From Octopus sinensis (Eukaryota): 64,000 bases of DNA. The position numbers and the translations under genes were made by a program. Under the pieces are notes generated by a model. It searched no databases. It worked only from the letters and a program-made list of their open reading frames with translations, and was not told the origin of the DNA. The stretch spans positions 14,508,001-14,572,000 of the forward strand of contig NC_043024.1 in the NCBI RefSeq assembly GCF_006345805.1. Reading direction: 5' to 3'. Every line of letters starts with the position of its first letter. Within the stretch, counting starts at the first letter, position 1. Positions 29,601 through 42,000 of this stretch are shown here, in pieces.

Positions 29601-31845
29601 AATGTTATGTGATTGGAAGTAAATGGATATCTATGCTTTGATTACAGAGGTAACTGGTACTATACGCCCTCACACTGGTATGTAAGTTTTAATATTAATA
29701 TATGTAAGTCTAATGATGAAATCATTATCAGTCACACATACATAGTTTATATGTTCACTTTATAAACACCCTGTGTCATGTAAAGATTTTCCTCAGGACA
29801 CTATCCTGCAGCAAGTTGGTATATAAACAAACAACATACACTGTGTATGTGTAACTGATAATATATATATGTGGATATATACTGCAAACACTCTATTCAT
29901 TTCAAATTTAATAGTAGCACTTGGGAAATATTGGTGAAAACTCAGATCCAAATTTTGATCCATACCAATTTTTAAGCAAGTAACCATCTCTATATATATA
30001 TAAAACTGAGAATGTCTGTCTGTGTGTTTCCCTAAAACTTGAGAACTACACAACCAATTTCATTCAAATTTTACACATGCCTTACTTAGGGTCCATGTAG
30101 TTTCATGGGCAAAAACAATGTTCAACTTCTTACCTAGGCAAGCCCATAGCAATATCATATCTTCTCCACTACTTCAGTATTACGTGTTAAAATTGAAACA
30201 AAAACATTTCTCTATTTTATGTCAGATACTTTCACTTTAACAATAAAAATTAGAGATAATAATAATAATTGAATTATATGTAGTAAGTAATAATTAAAAT
30301 CAAACTAAAGTATAATATAATCGTTACATAACAAAAGTAAAAATAGTAATTGGTATAAAATTGCATGAATGACTTGAACTTGAATCAGTGGTTTCACATG
30401 AATGGGAATAAATTAAAAATAAAATTAGCATGCAGAAATGGAATAGTCCAGATGGAGGTGTGCACAAACCGTTCACCACGGCTTTTACATTAGATTATCT
30501 GCTAATTAGCTAGCATTAAGTATCTATATGAAGTTTGGCTGTATGCAATGTCTGTTTTCTCGAACAGCCGCTTCTACTGAGTACTGCTGTTGGTTTATTT
30601 CTTATACATAAAGGACTATAGCTTCAACTGCGTACTGCTTTTTGATTCACCGTAAGGTTTGCTGTTATTATTATTACTGTTTAACTATTGTTATCACGTT
30701 TGTTGGTTCCTCGTAAGGGAAACGTTGTTATGTTGCATTTGTTAAATAATTGTAAACTGTAACCATCCCACTTTGGGAGAAGGAGCATTGGTTATTGTTT
30801 AAAAATTGAATTGTGTCCCTGTTTGGGGAAATTGACAATATTTTCACTGTCTACACGGAAGCATTTTTGTTAGAATGCCTTCGATAAAAGAAAGTCCAAA
30901 AATGAATTTCGCTGCAGCCTTTGGCGGGCGCGAACTCATTAAAATTAAAATGGAAGAAATACAAACCTATTTCGGATTAATCACCGACAAAGATGGTGAA
31001 TCTAGGATAACACAACCAAACGAAATAAAAAATGAAATTAAACAAAATACTATTGTCTATAAAGTATACAATGTAGAGAAAAGAAAAGATTTGAAAACCT
31101 GGAGGAAAGCACCATCGAAAAGTGTTTTGGTGCGACTATGAAAGATAACTAACCAGAGGCGGTAAATTTGCCACAATAGAAGCAAGGTTCGAGTCAACGG
31201 AGCATGCAAGGGAGTACTCGACTCGAACCTTGCAAAGTGGAAATATTTTATTTTTACCTTCATATCTGGGACGTAGGACGTCCCGGATAAAAATTTAAAA
31301 TGTCGCCCCAGAAGTAGAGGTAGGCTGGACAGTAGCCACACTTCTATAGAAGAGGGAGGACAAGATACAATTGATCGAAATTGCAAGAGACGGGCCTACA
31401 ATTCCAGTCTGTTATATATTGTGAGTATTGCTATCACAAGCAATATCAAGATATAACCTTGTATTTTATGTGTAGATGTATATATATAGATGTATGTAAT
31501 ATGTACACATATATCTACACATCTATACATGCACTAAGCACTACGACAAGGCAATGACGGGTCATAACGCTAGTAGGATATAAACTTTCAAAGCAGGTGA
31601 CACTCAGACATAAACTTAGATTGTCACAAACTTACATAGCATAAAAAATACCAAATGGTTTTGAAGAAAAAGTAGAAGAATTTTAGCATTTCATTGTTAT
31701 TGGGTGGAAAGATATTGTATGTAAAACGAAAAGAAGCACCAATTTTCAGCAGCCACTTTCAGTTACATATTCTACATTCTCAACCATGCTAATTTATACC
31801 TTCTCTTACTGTCAGTCTGTCTAACTGTCTGTTTGTCTGTCTATG

Positions 31846-31879
<34 letters not shown>

Positions 31880-34800
31880 TGTATGTATGTTTGTATGTAC
31901 CTGTCTATCTATCTATCTATCTCCCAAACAATTTGAAAATATTTTTGAAATCTGAAAAAAGTCTGTCCATAAATATAAATCCGTTTTTATTTCTAAACCT
32001 TCATTATTTATTAATCAAATATTCTCCAACATGCTATATATTGAAGAACCCTATTTGCTATTAACGATACAAAAATGATATATAATACAAAATAAATTGC
32101 CATTTTCTTGCAGCACCAAATGTTACTAGCATGGCTGTTACTCCATCAGGTAAGTACAATTCTACTGCTTGTTTAGTTATTAAAATGAAAGTATCTAAGG
32201 TGGTGAGCTGGCAGAATCGTTAGTATGCTGGACAAAATGTTTAGTGGTATTTCATCTGTCGCTATGTTCTGAGTTTAAATTCCGCTAAGGTCAACTTTCC
32301 CTTTCATCCTTTTGGGGTCGATAAAATAAGTACCAGTTGAATACTACATTGATGCCTAAATTTCACTACCATGTAGCATACATGTTTATACAATAAGGTG
32401 ATGGTTCCACATGACCGAACTATCACATCACATCACATGACCAAACTATCAAAGTCTTCTTTCTTGCATCTTACAACTCCTTCCTCCTACGGTTAATTTT
32501 TCTCTTACAACATTTGCACTTTGTCATACATGCACACTAAATTTTGCACATACATTAGAGCTTGTTCCAATCCTATCAAACCATCCCACGTGCTCTACAG
32601 TCAGGCCCCCATACCTCACTACCATGTAGCATACATGTTTATACAATAAGATGATACTTTCAGCGAGAGGAAATGAAAGCAAAACTCTAATGTAATAGAT
32701 AACATGGACAATCAAGAAATATATGCATTGCTCATAAGATGACCATCGGTTAGTTTGTCTTTTCTAACTCAACATATTACATATAATGACTAACATCATT
32801 TAAACTTTAAATATGTCAGCAGTTAATCCATTCATAATACTTTTATTAATTACACTTAAACAGATATTTTTAGTTTAAGCATTCAATGTAATTTTCCACA
32901 TTTACTGAAATATTTTCATTAGATGGTCATTTGTTTTTCTGACACAGCATAAATGTTATGTGATTGGAAGTAAATGGATATTTATGCTTTGATTTCAGAG
33001 GTAACTGGTACCATACGCCCTCACACTGGTACGTAAGTTTTAATATCAATATATGAAATGTCTTTATATTCAAAATATATATATATATACTGATTATAAC
33101 TACAATGGACCATATTCTTCAACATGAAATTAGTGGCAAAATCTTGGTTTTTACTTTGGTTGTTTTCATTTTGTTTATGTTGAATTCAACTGTGAAGACA
33201 AAATGCTCCTCATATCAGGATCCTTTGAATTCTCTTGGCAGGATTTTTGCCAATTTATGTCTACAGCAGTTGACAAATAAGGACAAAAAAGGAAGTGAAG
33301 TAGGATCAGTGCACGTGCATATCTGTTTAATGTTAGTTTTATTCGTGTATTTGCCACATACAAACACTATTTTGTCTCTTAACCTTCCTGTGATTCAAGC
33401 ATATCTCTCATATGTCAACAAATCATGATATTTTTACTTTAAACATGCAATATTATTTTCCGCATTTGCTCAAATATTTACACAATAGAGTAATTTGTTA
33501 TTGTAACATATATCAGCTTAAGTGGTGTATAATAGAAAGTAAATAGATGTTTATTCTTTGATTACAGGGATAACTGGTTCAACAGGGCCTAAAACTTAAT
33601 ATTCTAATTATACATATTAATTTTAAATATAATTTTGAGTTCTCCTGTTTTTTGATGACTTTTGTCTAGAAAATGTATATTTGATGACTGAACAAAAATT
33701 GTAGATATATTATCATCATCATCATCATCATCATCGTTTAACGTCCGCTTTCCATGCTAGCATGGGTTGGACGGTTCAACTGGGGTCTGGCAAGCCCGAA
33801 GGCTGCACCAGGCCAGTCAGATCTGGCAGTGTTTCTACAGCTGGATGCCCTTCCTAACGCCAACCACTCCGAGAGTGTAGTGGGTGATTTTATGTGCCAC
33901 CGACACAGGTGCCAGACGAGGCTGGCAGACGGCCACGCTCGGATGGTGTTTTTTATGTGCCACCGACACAGGTGCCAGACGAGGCTGGCTGACGGCCACG
34001 CTCAGATGGTGTTTTCTTATGTGTCACCGACACAGGTGCCAGACGAGGCTGGCGGACGGCCACGCTCGGATGGTTTTTGTTACGTGCCCTCAGCACGGAG
34101 GCCAGTCATTGCGGTACTGGCTACGGTCACTTTTGGATGGTTTTCTTATGTGCCACCGGCACTGGTACCACAAGGATACAAATTCCATTGATGTTCATCT
34201 ATTTTGATTTGGTTCGATTTGATTTGATTCGATTCTCACTTGCCTCAACAGGTCTTCACAAGTGTCACAAGAAGGAAGGTATGCACAGGTGGACTGACTA
34301 CGTCCCAGGTAGGGGCCACGGATTATGGCTTGACGGGTCTTCTCACGCACAGCATACTTCCATAGTTCTTGGTCTCTAGTCATTTCCATGGTGAGACCTA
34401 ACGTCCGAAGGTCATGCTTCACCACCTCGTCCCAGGTTTTCCTGGGTCTACCTCTTCCACGGGTTCCCTCAACTGCTAGGGATTGGCACTTTCTCACACA
34501 CCTATCTTCATCCATTCTCGCCACATGACCATACCAGCGCAATCGTCTCTCTTGCACACCACAACTGATGCTTCTTAGGTACAACATTTCTCTCAAGGTA
34601 CTAACGCTCTGTCAAGTAAGTACACTGACATTACACATCCATCGGAGCATACTGGCTTCGTTCCTCATGAGCTTACGCATGTCCTCAGCAGTCACGGCCC
34701 ATGTTTCACTGCCATGTAGCATAGCTGTTCATACACATGCATCATATAGTCTGCCTTTTACTCTGAGCGAGAGGCCTTTAGTCACCAGCAGAGGTAAGAA

Positions 34801-35920
34801 CTCCCTAAACTTTGCCCAGGCTATTCTTATTCTAGCAGTTACACTTTCAGCGCACCCACCCCCACTACTGACTTGGTCACCTAGATAGCAGAAGCTATCA
34901 ACTACTTCTAGTTTTTCCCCCCGGAAAGTGACGGAAGTTGTTTTCTGCAGATTTTCGGAGGTCAATGCTCCAGAGCATCTGCCACATACAAAAACTATCT
35001 TCCCAGTTAGCCTACCTTTGACATTGCTGCACCTCTTATGTGTCCATAGCTTACACTGGGTACATCTTATAGAGTTTCTACCTACACCTTTTCTACAGAT
35101 CGAGCAGGGCCATCTTCCTGAGGATATTTGTGGATTGTCTACCTTTCTACTTATTAGTACTTTGGTTTTAGCTAGATTGACTCTAAGGCCCCTCGATTCT
35201 AAACCCTCCTTCCACACCTGGAACTTCTCCTCCAGTTCTGATAGTGACTCAGCAATTAGAGCGAGGTCGTCAGCATAGAGGAGCTCCTAGGGGCAACCTG
35301 TCTTGAATTCCTCCACAATTGCCTGGAGGACTATGATAAATAGGAGGGGGCTGAGTACTGAACCCTGGTGGACCCCAACCTCTACTTTGAATTCTTCTGT
35401 GTACATGTTGCCAACTCTAACCTTACTTACGGCATCTCTGTACATGGCTTGCACAGCCCTCACCAGCCATTCATCTATCCCTAGTTTCCTCATTGACCAC
35501 CAGATGAGGGATCGGGGGACCCTATCAAAGGCTTTCTCCATGTCAACGAAAGCCAGGTACAGGGGCTTATCTTTGGCTAGGTATTTCTCCTGCAGCTGCC
35601 TTACCAGGAATATAGCATATATATATATATATATATATAAATAAATGAAAGAATGGAGTTGAACGACGAATTAACAAAATTCCTTTATTTTCGACATATG
35701 TTTCGAAACATATGTCGAAAATAAAGGAATTTTGTTAATTTGTCGTTCAACTCCATTCTTTCATTTATTTGTATTTAAAAAAACAAAAAATTTCCACACG
35801 ATAGCACGTGATCTCTGCACTAGGCATGTAGCTTCAACCATGTTTCTCTGATGTGAATTTGCTACTCAGGTATCGGTTAACCGAATTATCCATAATAAGA
35901 TAATTCATTCAACTACTCAT

Positions 35921-36015
<95 letters not shown>

Positions 36016-38301
36016 CAGGAGTGGCTGTGTGGTAAGTAGCTTGCTAACCAACCACATGGTTCCGGGTTCAGTCCCACTGTGTGGCATCTTGGGCAAGTGT
36101 CTTCTGCTATAGCCCCAGGCCGACCAATGCCTTGTCAGTGGATTTGGTAGACGGAAACTGAAAGAAGCCTGTCGTATATATGTATATATATATATGTGTG
36201 TGTGTGTGTTTGTCCCCCTAGCATTGCTTGACAACCGATGCTGGTGTGTTTATGTCCCCATAACTTAGCAGTTCAGCAAAAGAGATCGATAGAATAAGTA
36301 CTGAGCTTACAAAGAATAAGCCCCGGGGTCGATTTGCTCGACTAAAGGTGATGCTCCAGCATGGTCGCAGTCAAATGACTGAAACAAGTAAAAGAGTAGA
36401 GTAATATATATTACAGTTATGTTGAAACAGGTGATATGGGAAAGTGCAGCATTGATGACAAAACATTTGAGGAGTAAATGACGGTCTAATTCGACTAACT
36501 GACATGTAATATGTCTGTTTGAAGGATTCGAAGCCATAACCTATCATAGAAAATTGGGAGTGGGGAGGTACGTAATTTTTTAACTCACCCAAAAGCTGTC
36601 AGTGGATATACTCGCGTTTGAGGCAGTGAGTACTGTGTCTAGCATGACCCATCATATTGTTGACAGTCAAACGAATGGAGGTGTAATGGAGATATATATA
36701 TATATAAAACTGTAGTTGTGTGAGTGTCTGTCCCCTTCGATTTAGATTCCTAACTACTCCCACATTTTGTGGTGCAGTTTAACCAAATTCGGGTATCTTA
36801 TAGTCGTGATTCATATCGAGCCCGTCTGAGTTTTAGCGCGCGTCTACGATGAGTCTACGATTTTAAAAATAATTTAACATCATTTTTTATTCCATTTTAA
36901 TGCATAATTTTTCGTGTGTCGATGGTGGCGGAGTTGGCGTCCATGGTCACACCTGCACCTGTTTGCTTCTCCCCCTTCCCTCCCTCGTGAAGCTGTGGGG
37001 AAGGGAGTGTAAGGAAATCAACGTCGTAAAGCGTTGTCAAGGAGACCAGCGTTTTTTTAGAACAACGACTTCATGGCTTAAAGACACTGAGTCAACGATT
37101 TAAAAAAAAAATTATCATCATTTTTTATTCCATTTTTAATGCATTTTTTTTGCTATAACTCTCTAAAAATGCTTATATAGTTATTTCCCTTACAAACCCG
37201 AGCAACACCGGGCGATACTGCTAGTTATACATAAATGGGTACATTCCAGAAATGGGCAGGAATGGGAGATGGCAACAGGGAAGTGAACTGTTGAAATGTT
37301 GCAGAAGGCAAAGTGGATTGCATGTGTGGTTGTTTGATTGATGGCAATCCCTCAAGGTCGAGGATGATGGTCTTCGCGCAAATTTACTGGTGAGTCTGTA
37401 GGTGACCGATAGGACCAATCCTTGCTTGAAAAGATCCGTCGCAGATCTTCTACTCTCAACTCAAAGACGGCAAGCGTACAAAAGGAGGCCAGAAGAAACG
37501 CTACAAGGACTCCCTGAAAACGAACCTCAAAAAGTGTGACATCGACTTCACTAACTGGGAAGAAACGGCAAAAAACAGACCACTCTGGAAAACCACCATC
37601 CATGAGGGAACGGCGACTTTCGAGTCGAAAAGGTCTGCAGAGCTGGAGGAGAAAAGACGACGATGGAAGGAGCGCCAACAACAACCACGTGCGACTCTCC
37701 CTATGTGTGGTTGTAGAATAAGAAACATAAATTGAGTCTATGCAGTCACAGGAGAATATGTAGCAATGAATTACTCGAAATAATAAGAGATAATGTCTTA
37801 CTGTGTGGTATGTATATAGTATGTCTGTATTTTTGTATGCAGTGTAAATTAATGAAATATAAGCAAACGAACAAAATAGAAGTACATGTATGGAACTGCT
37901 AATTTAATGGTAAATAGCACAATAATTATTTCAGAGAGACAAAGAATTATATATATACATATATAGTGAGGGCACGTGGCTTAGTGGTTAGGGCATTCGG
38001 CTCATGATCATAAGGTTTTGAGTTCGCTTCCCGGCGACGCGTTGTGTCCTTGAGCAAGACACTTTATTTCACGTTACTCCAGTCCACTCAGCTGGCAAAA
38101 ATGAGTAGTATCTGTATTTCAAAGGGTCAGCCTTGTCACATTCTGTGTCACACTGAATCTCCCTGAGAGCTACGTTAGGGGTACGCGTGTCCGTGGAGTG
38201 CTCAGCCACTTGCACATTAATTTCACGAGCAAGCTGTTCCATTGATCTGATCAACTGGAACCCTCATCGTCATAACCAATGGAGGCTCCTATATACATAT
38301 T

Positions 38302-38391
<90 letters not shown>

Positions 38392-39024
38392 ATATATATA
38401 TATGTAGGATAAATTTCTTAATGTAAGGGTAAATATGTAAATACCTTGCAATACTGCTGTGATAGTTATTAACTGGTAATGGAACAGTAAATGTGTGTTT
38501 TTTATATATACCTTGGACCTTGCCAAATCATTGTTTTTTTTTCTAGAGTTTCACATCTAGAACTTATATACATACATCCAGGCATGTCAGTCCTCATATA
38601 TATATATATATATATATATGTGCACATGTGTGTGTGTTTAATAACATATATAACGCAAAACACACACACACTCACAGACACATACATGCTCATACACTCA
38701 CAGATATACACTCATATACAAAAATGTGGAATAAAATGTTACTGACATACACTCACATACATATACTAAGATAGTCACACAGAGACATATTCACGCATGT
38801 CAGTCATAGCATATGTATATGTATGTGTAGATATGTATATGTTTAATAACATACCTAATGCGGAAAGACACACATACTATGAGACAGATACACAGTCAAT
38901 ACAAAATGTGACGTTGTCGTGGTATAAAATGTCCTGTTGGCAATAGAAAGATTATATCTATGAAATTTTTATACTGTTTTAATCGAAATGAAAATATAAT
39001 TTCATATTGACACTGGCCAGCCAT

Positions 39025-39059
<35 letters not shown>

Positions 39060-42000
39060 GGCTGATCGAATTGGCCGCCGATTTCTTCGCGGGGTTCTCT
39101 TCCCCTTCTCTCCCCCTCTTTTTACATTGTCTGTCTGGACTCCTCTCTTCCTACTTCTCTCCATGGCTATGCATACTTCAGCTAGTAACCTGCCTCATTC
39201 TTGATTCCGAATTCCTTTTGCCAAGTCTGTCCGTAAACGATGTGATCCCAAGATAAGAAATCTTTGAACTTTAATTCACCCCGTATCTCTATTTATTATT
39301 ATTATTATGTATCATTATTCTGAGCCCCCTAGTCGCCACTCTGTTACTATTTCAGCCTCGCCTCGTTTTTGCATATTCTGTATAATTCATTAGTTATCGT
39401 TATAGATATTTAAGATCTATCTCCTTACAGGGCTGATCGAATTGGCCGCCGATTTCTTCGCGGGGTTCTCTTCCCCTCTCTCCCCCTCTTTTTACATTGT
39501 CTGTCTGGACTCCTCTCTTCCTACTTCTCACCATGGCTATGCATACTTAAGCTAGTAACCTGCCTCATTCTTGATTCCGAATTCCTTTTGCCAAGTCTGT
39601 CCATAAACGAAGTGATCCCAAGATAAGAAATCTTTGAACTTTAATTCACCCCGTATCTCTATTTATTATTATTTATTATGTATCATTATTCTGAGCCCCC
39701 TAGTCGCCACTCTGTTACTATTTCGGCCTCGCCTCGTTTTTGCATATTCTGTATAATTCATTAGTTATCGTTATAGATATTTAAGATCTATCTCCCTTAC
39801 AGGGCTGATCGAATTGCCCGCCGATTTCTTCGCGGGGTTCTCTTCCCCTTCTCTCCCCCTCTTTTTACATTGTCTGTCTGGACTCCTCTCTTCCTACTTC
39901 TCTCCATGGCTATGCATACTTCAGCTAGTAACCTGCCTCATTCTTGATTCCGAATTCCTTTTGCCAAGTCTGTCCGTAAACGATGTGATCCCAAGATAAG
40001 AAATCTTTGAACTTTAATTCACCCCGTATCTCTATTATTATTATTTATTATGTATCATTATTCTGAGCCCCCTAGTCGCCACTCTGTTTACTATTTCAGC
40101 CTCGCCTCGTTTTTGCATATTCTGTATAATTCATTAGTTTCGTTATAGATATTTAAGATCTATCTCCCTTACAGGGCTGATCGAATTGGCCGCCGATTTC
40201 TTCGCGGGGTTCTCTTCCCCTTCTCTCCCCCTCTTTTTACATTGTCTGTCTGGACTCCTCTCTTCCTACTTCTCTCCATGGCTATGCATACTTCAGCTAG
40301 TAACCTGCCTCATTCTTGATTCCGAATTCCTTTTGCCAAGTCTGTCCATAAACGAAGTGATCCCAAGATAAGAAATCTTTGAACTTTAATTCACCCCGTA
40401 TCTCTATTTATTATTATTTATTATGTATCATTATTCTGAGCCCCCTAGTCGCCACTCTGTTTACTATTTCAGCCTCGCCTCGTTTTTGCATATTCTGTAT
40501 AATTCATTAGTTATCGTTATAGATACTTAAGATCTATCTCCTTACAGGGCTGATCGAATTGGCCGCCGATTCTTCGCGGCGCGCCCGCCCTACCCACCCC
40601 CTCCACCACCACCACCACCAATACCGGATATCTCTATTTTGCTCCAACTATACCGGATGTCGTTTCTCCCACCACCATTATAGGTGTCTACTCTTTGAAC
40701 CCCCCTCTTCAATACGCTATTTCACCATGCATTACCCCTCTCTCGATATCCTACGTTCTACTTGCCTAGAACCTGTCCTCTGAACCACCCCTCCCACTGG
40801 TGCTCCCCTATATTTCTGCATCCCCCACCACCACCATTATAGGTGTCTACTCTTTGAACCCCCCTCTTCAATACGCTATTTCACCATGCATTACCCCTCT
40901 TTCGATATCCTACGTTCTACTTGCCTAGAACCTGTCCTCTGAACCACTGGTGCTCCCCTATATTTCTGCACACCCCCCCACCACCATTATAGGTGTCTAC
41001 TCTTTGAACCCCCCTCTTCAATACGCTATTTCACCATGCATTACCCCTCTCTCGATATCCTACGTTCTACTTGCCTAGAACCTGTCCTCTGAACCACCCC
41101 TCCCACTGGTGCTCCCCTATATTTCTGCACCCCCCCACCACCATTATAGGTGTCTACTCTTTGAACCCCCCTCTTCAATACGCTATTTCACCATGCATTA
41201 CCCCTCTTTCGATATCCTACGTTCTACTTGCCTAGAACCTGTCCTCTGAACCACTGGTGCTCCCCTATATTTCTGCACCCCCCCACCACCATTATAGGTG
41301 TCTACTCTTTGAACCCCCCTCTTCAATACGCTATTTCACCATGCATTACCCCTCTCTCGATTTCCTACGTTCTACTTGCCTAGAACCTGTCCTCTGAACC
41401 AGCCCTCCCACTGGTGCTCCCCTATATTTCTGCACCCCCCCATAAAAAGCACCATCCGAACGTGGCCGATGCCAGACCCCTCTGGCACCTGTGCAGGTGG
41501 CACGTAAAAAACACCCACTACACTCGCGGAGTGGTTGGCGTTAGGAAGGGCATCCAGCTGTAGAAACACTGCCAGACTAGACTGGAGCCTGGGGCAGTCC
41601 CGAGCTCCCCAGACCCCGGTCGAAACCGTCCAACCCGTGCTAGCGCGGAAAACGGACGTTAAACGATGATGATGATGATGATGATATATATATATATATA
41701 TAATGAAATGTTATACTGTTTTAATCAAAATGAAAGTAAAATTTGGTATTGACACTGGCTAGCCCTCACACACATAGTAAGACAGAATTTCATATTGACA
41801 CTGGCCATCCCTCACATACATATAGTAAGATAGGCACACGCAGGCATAATTCATGCATGTCAGTCGTTACGTATGTATACGTAGATGTGTGTGTGTTTAA
41901 TAATGTACCATTACATATCTGTAGATGTGTGTTTAATAATGCACCTAACTTGGAAAGACACAAACTGAGACATATACACATTCATACGCTTACACACATA

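Larger units (their letters stand above)
1669..32345 (+). mobile_element. About 20 copies of a tRNA-derived SINE head embedded about 50 nt downstream of GP/AP-type exons (span of copies, not one element)
   Basis: ggtggtgagctggcagaatcgttag (A-box-like) ... gagttcaaattcc (B-box-like) ... aagtaccagtt; longer copies with tail at about 4956-5180 and 21760-21985. Confidence 0.8.
1470..33300 (+). repeat. Tandem array of exon+intron units with nested higher-order repeats (about 2.2, 3.2 and 4.0 kb)
   Basis: Near-identical intron blocks recur; paralogous exon spacings are 2219/2231, 3205-3211 and 3972-3983 bp. Confidence 0.95.

Noticed and set aside
3425-32715. Recurrent minus-strand ORFs ([25 protein letters not shown]...) suggesting an antisense multi-copy gene
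   Set aside because: They are antisense reads of the repeated intron; starts, stops and frames differ among copies, with no splice or codon pattern
1470-33300. CRISPR-like repeat-spacer array
   Set aside because: Eukaryotic context, kilobase-scale units, no unique spacers, no cas genes
10108-33428. Recurrent plus-strand ORFs ([29 protein letters not shown]..., TM-like)
   Set aside because: Lie in the repeated intron after the 30-nt exon; hydrophobicity reflects T-richness; truncated or frameshifted in other copies
38547-38581. Candidate extra micro-exon (ttttctag ... ccag|gcatgt)
   Set aside because: 35 nt, in-frame TAG in phase 1, no homology to the exon families
39421-40560. ctccttacag|ggctg acceptor-like site in each 372-bp unit
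   Set aside because: No matching donor giving a frame-symmetric exon; peptide unlike the PTS repeats
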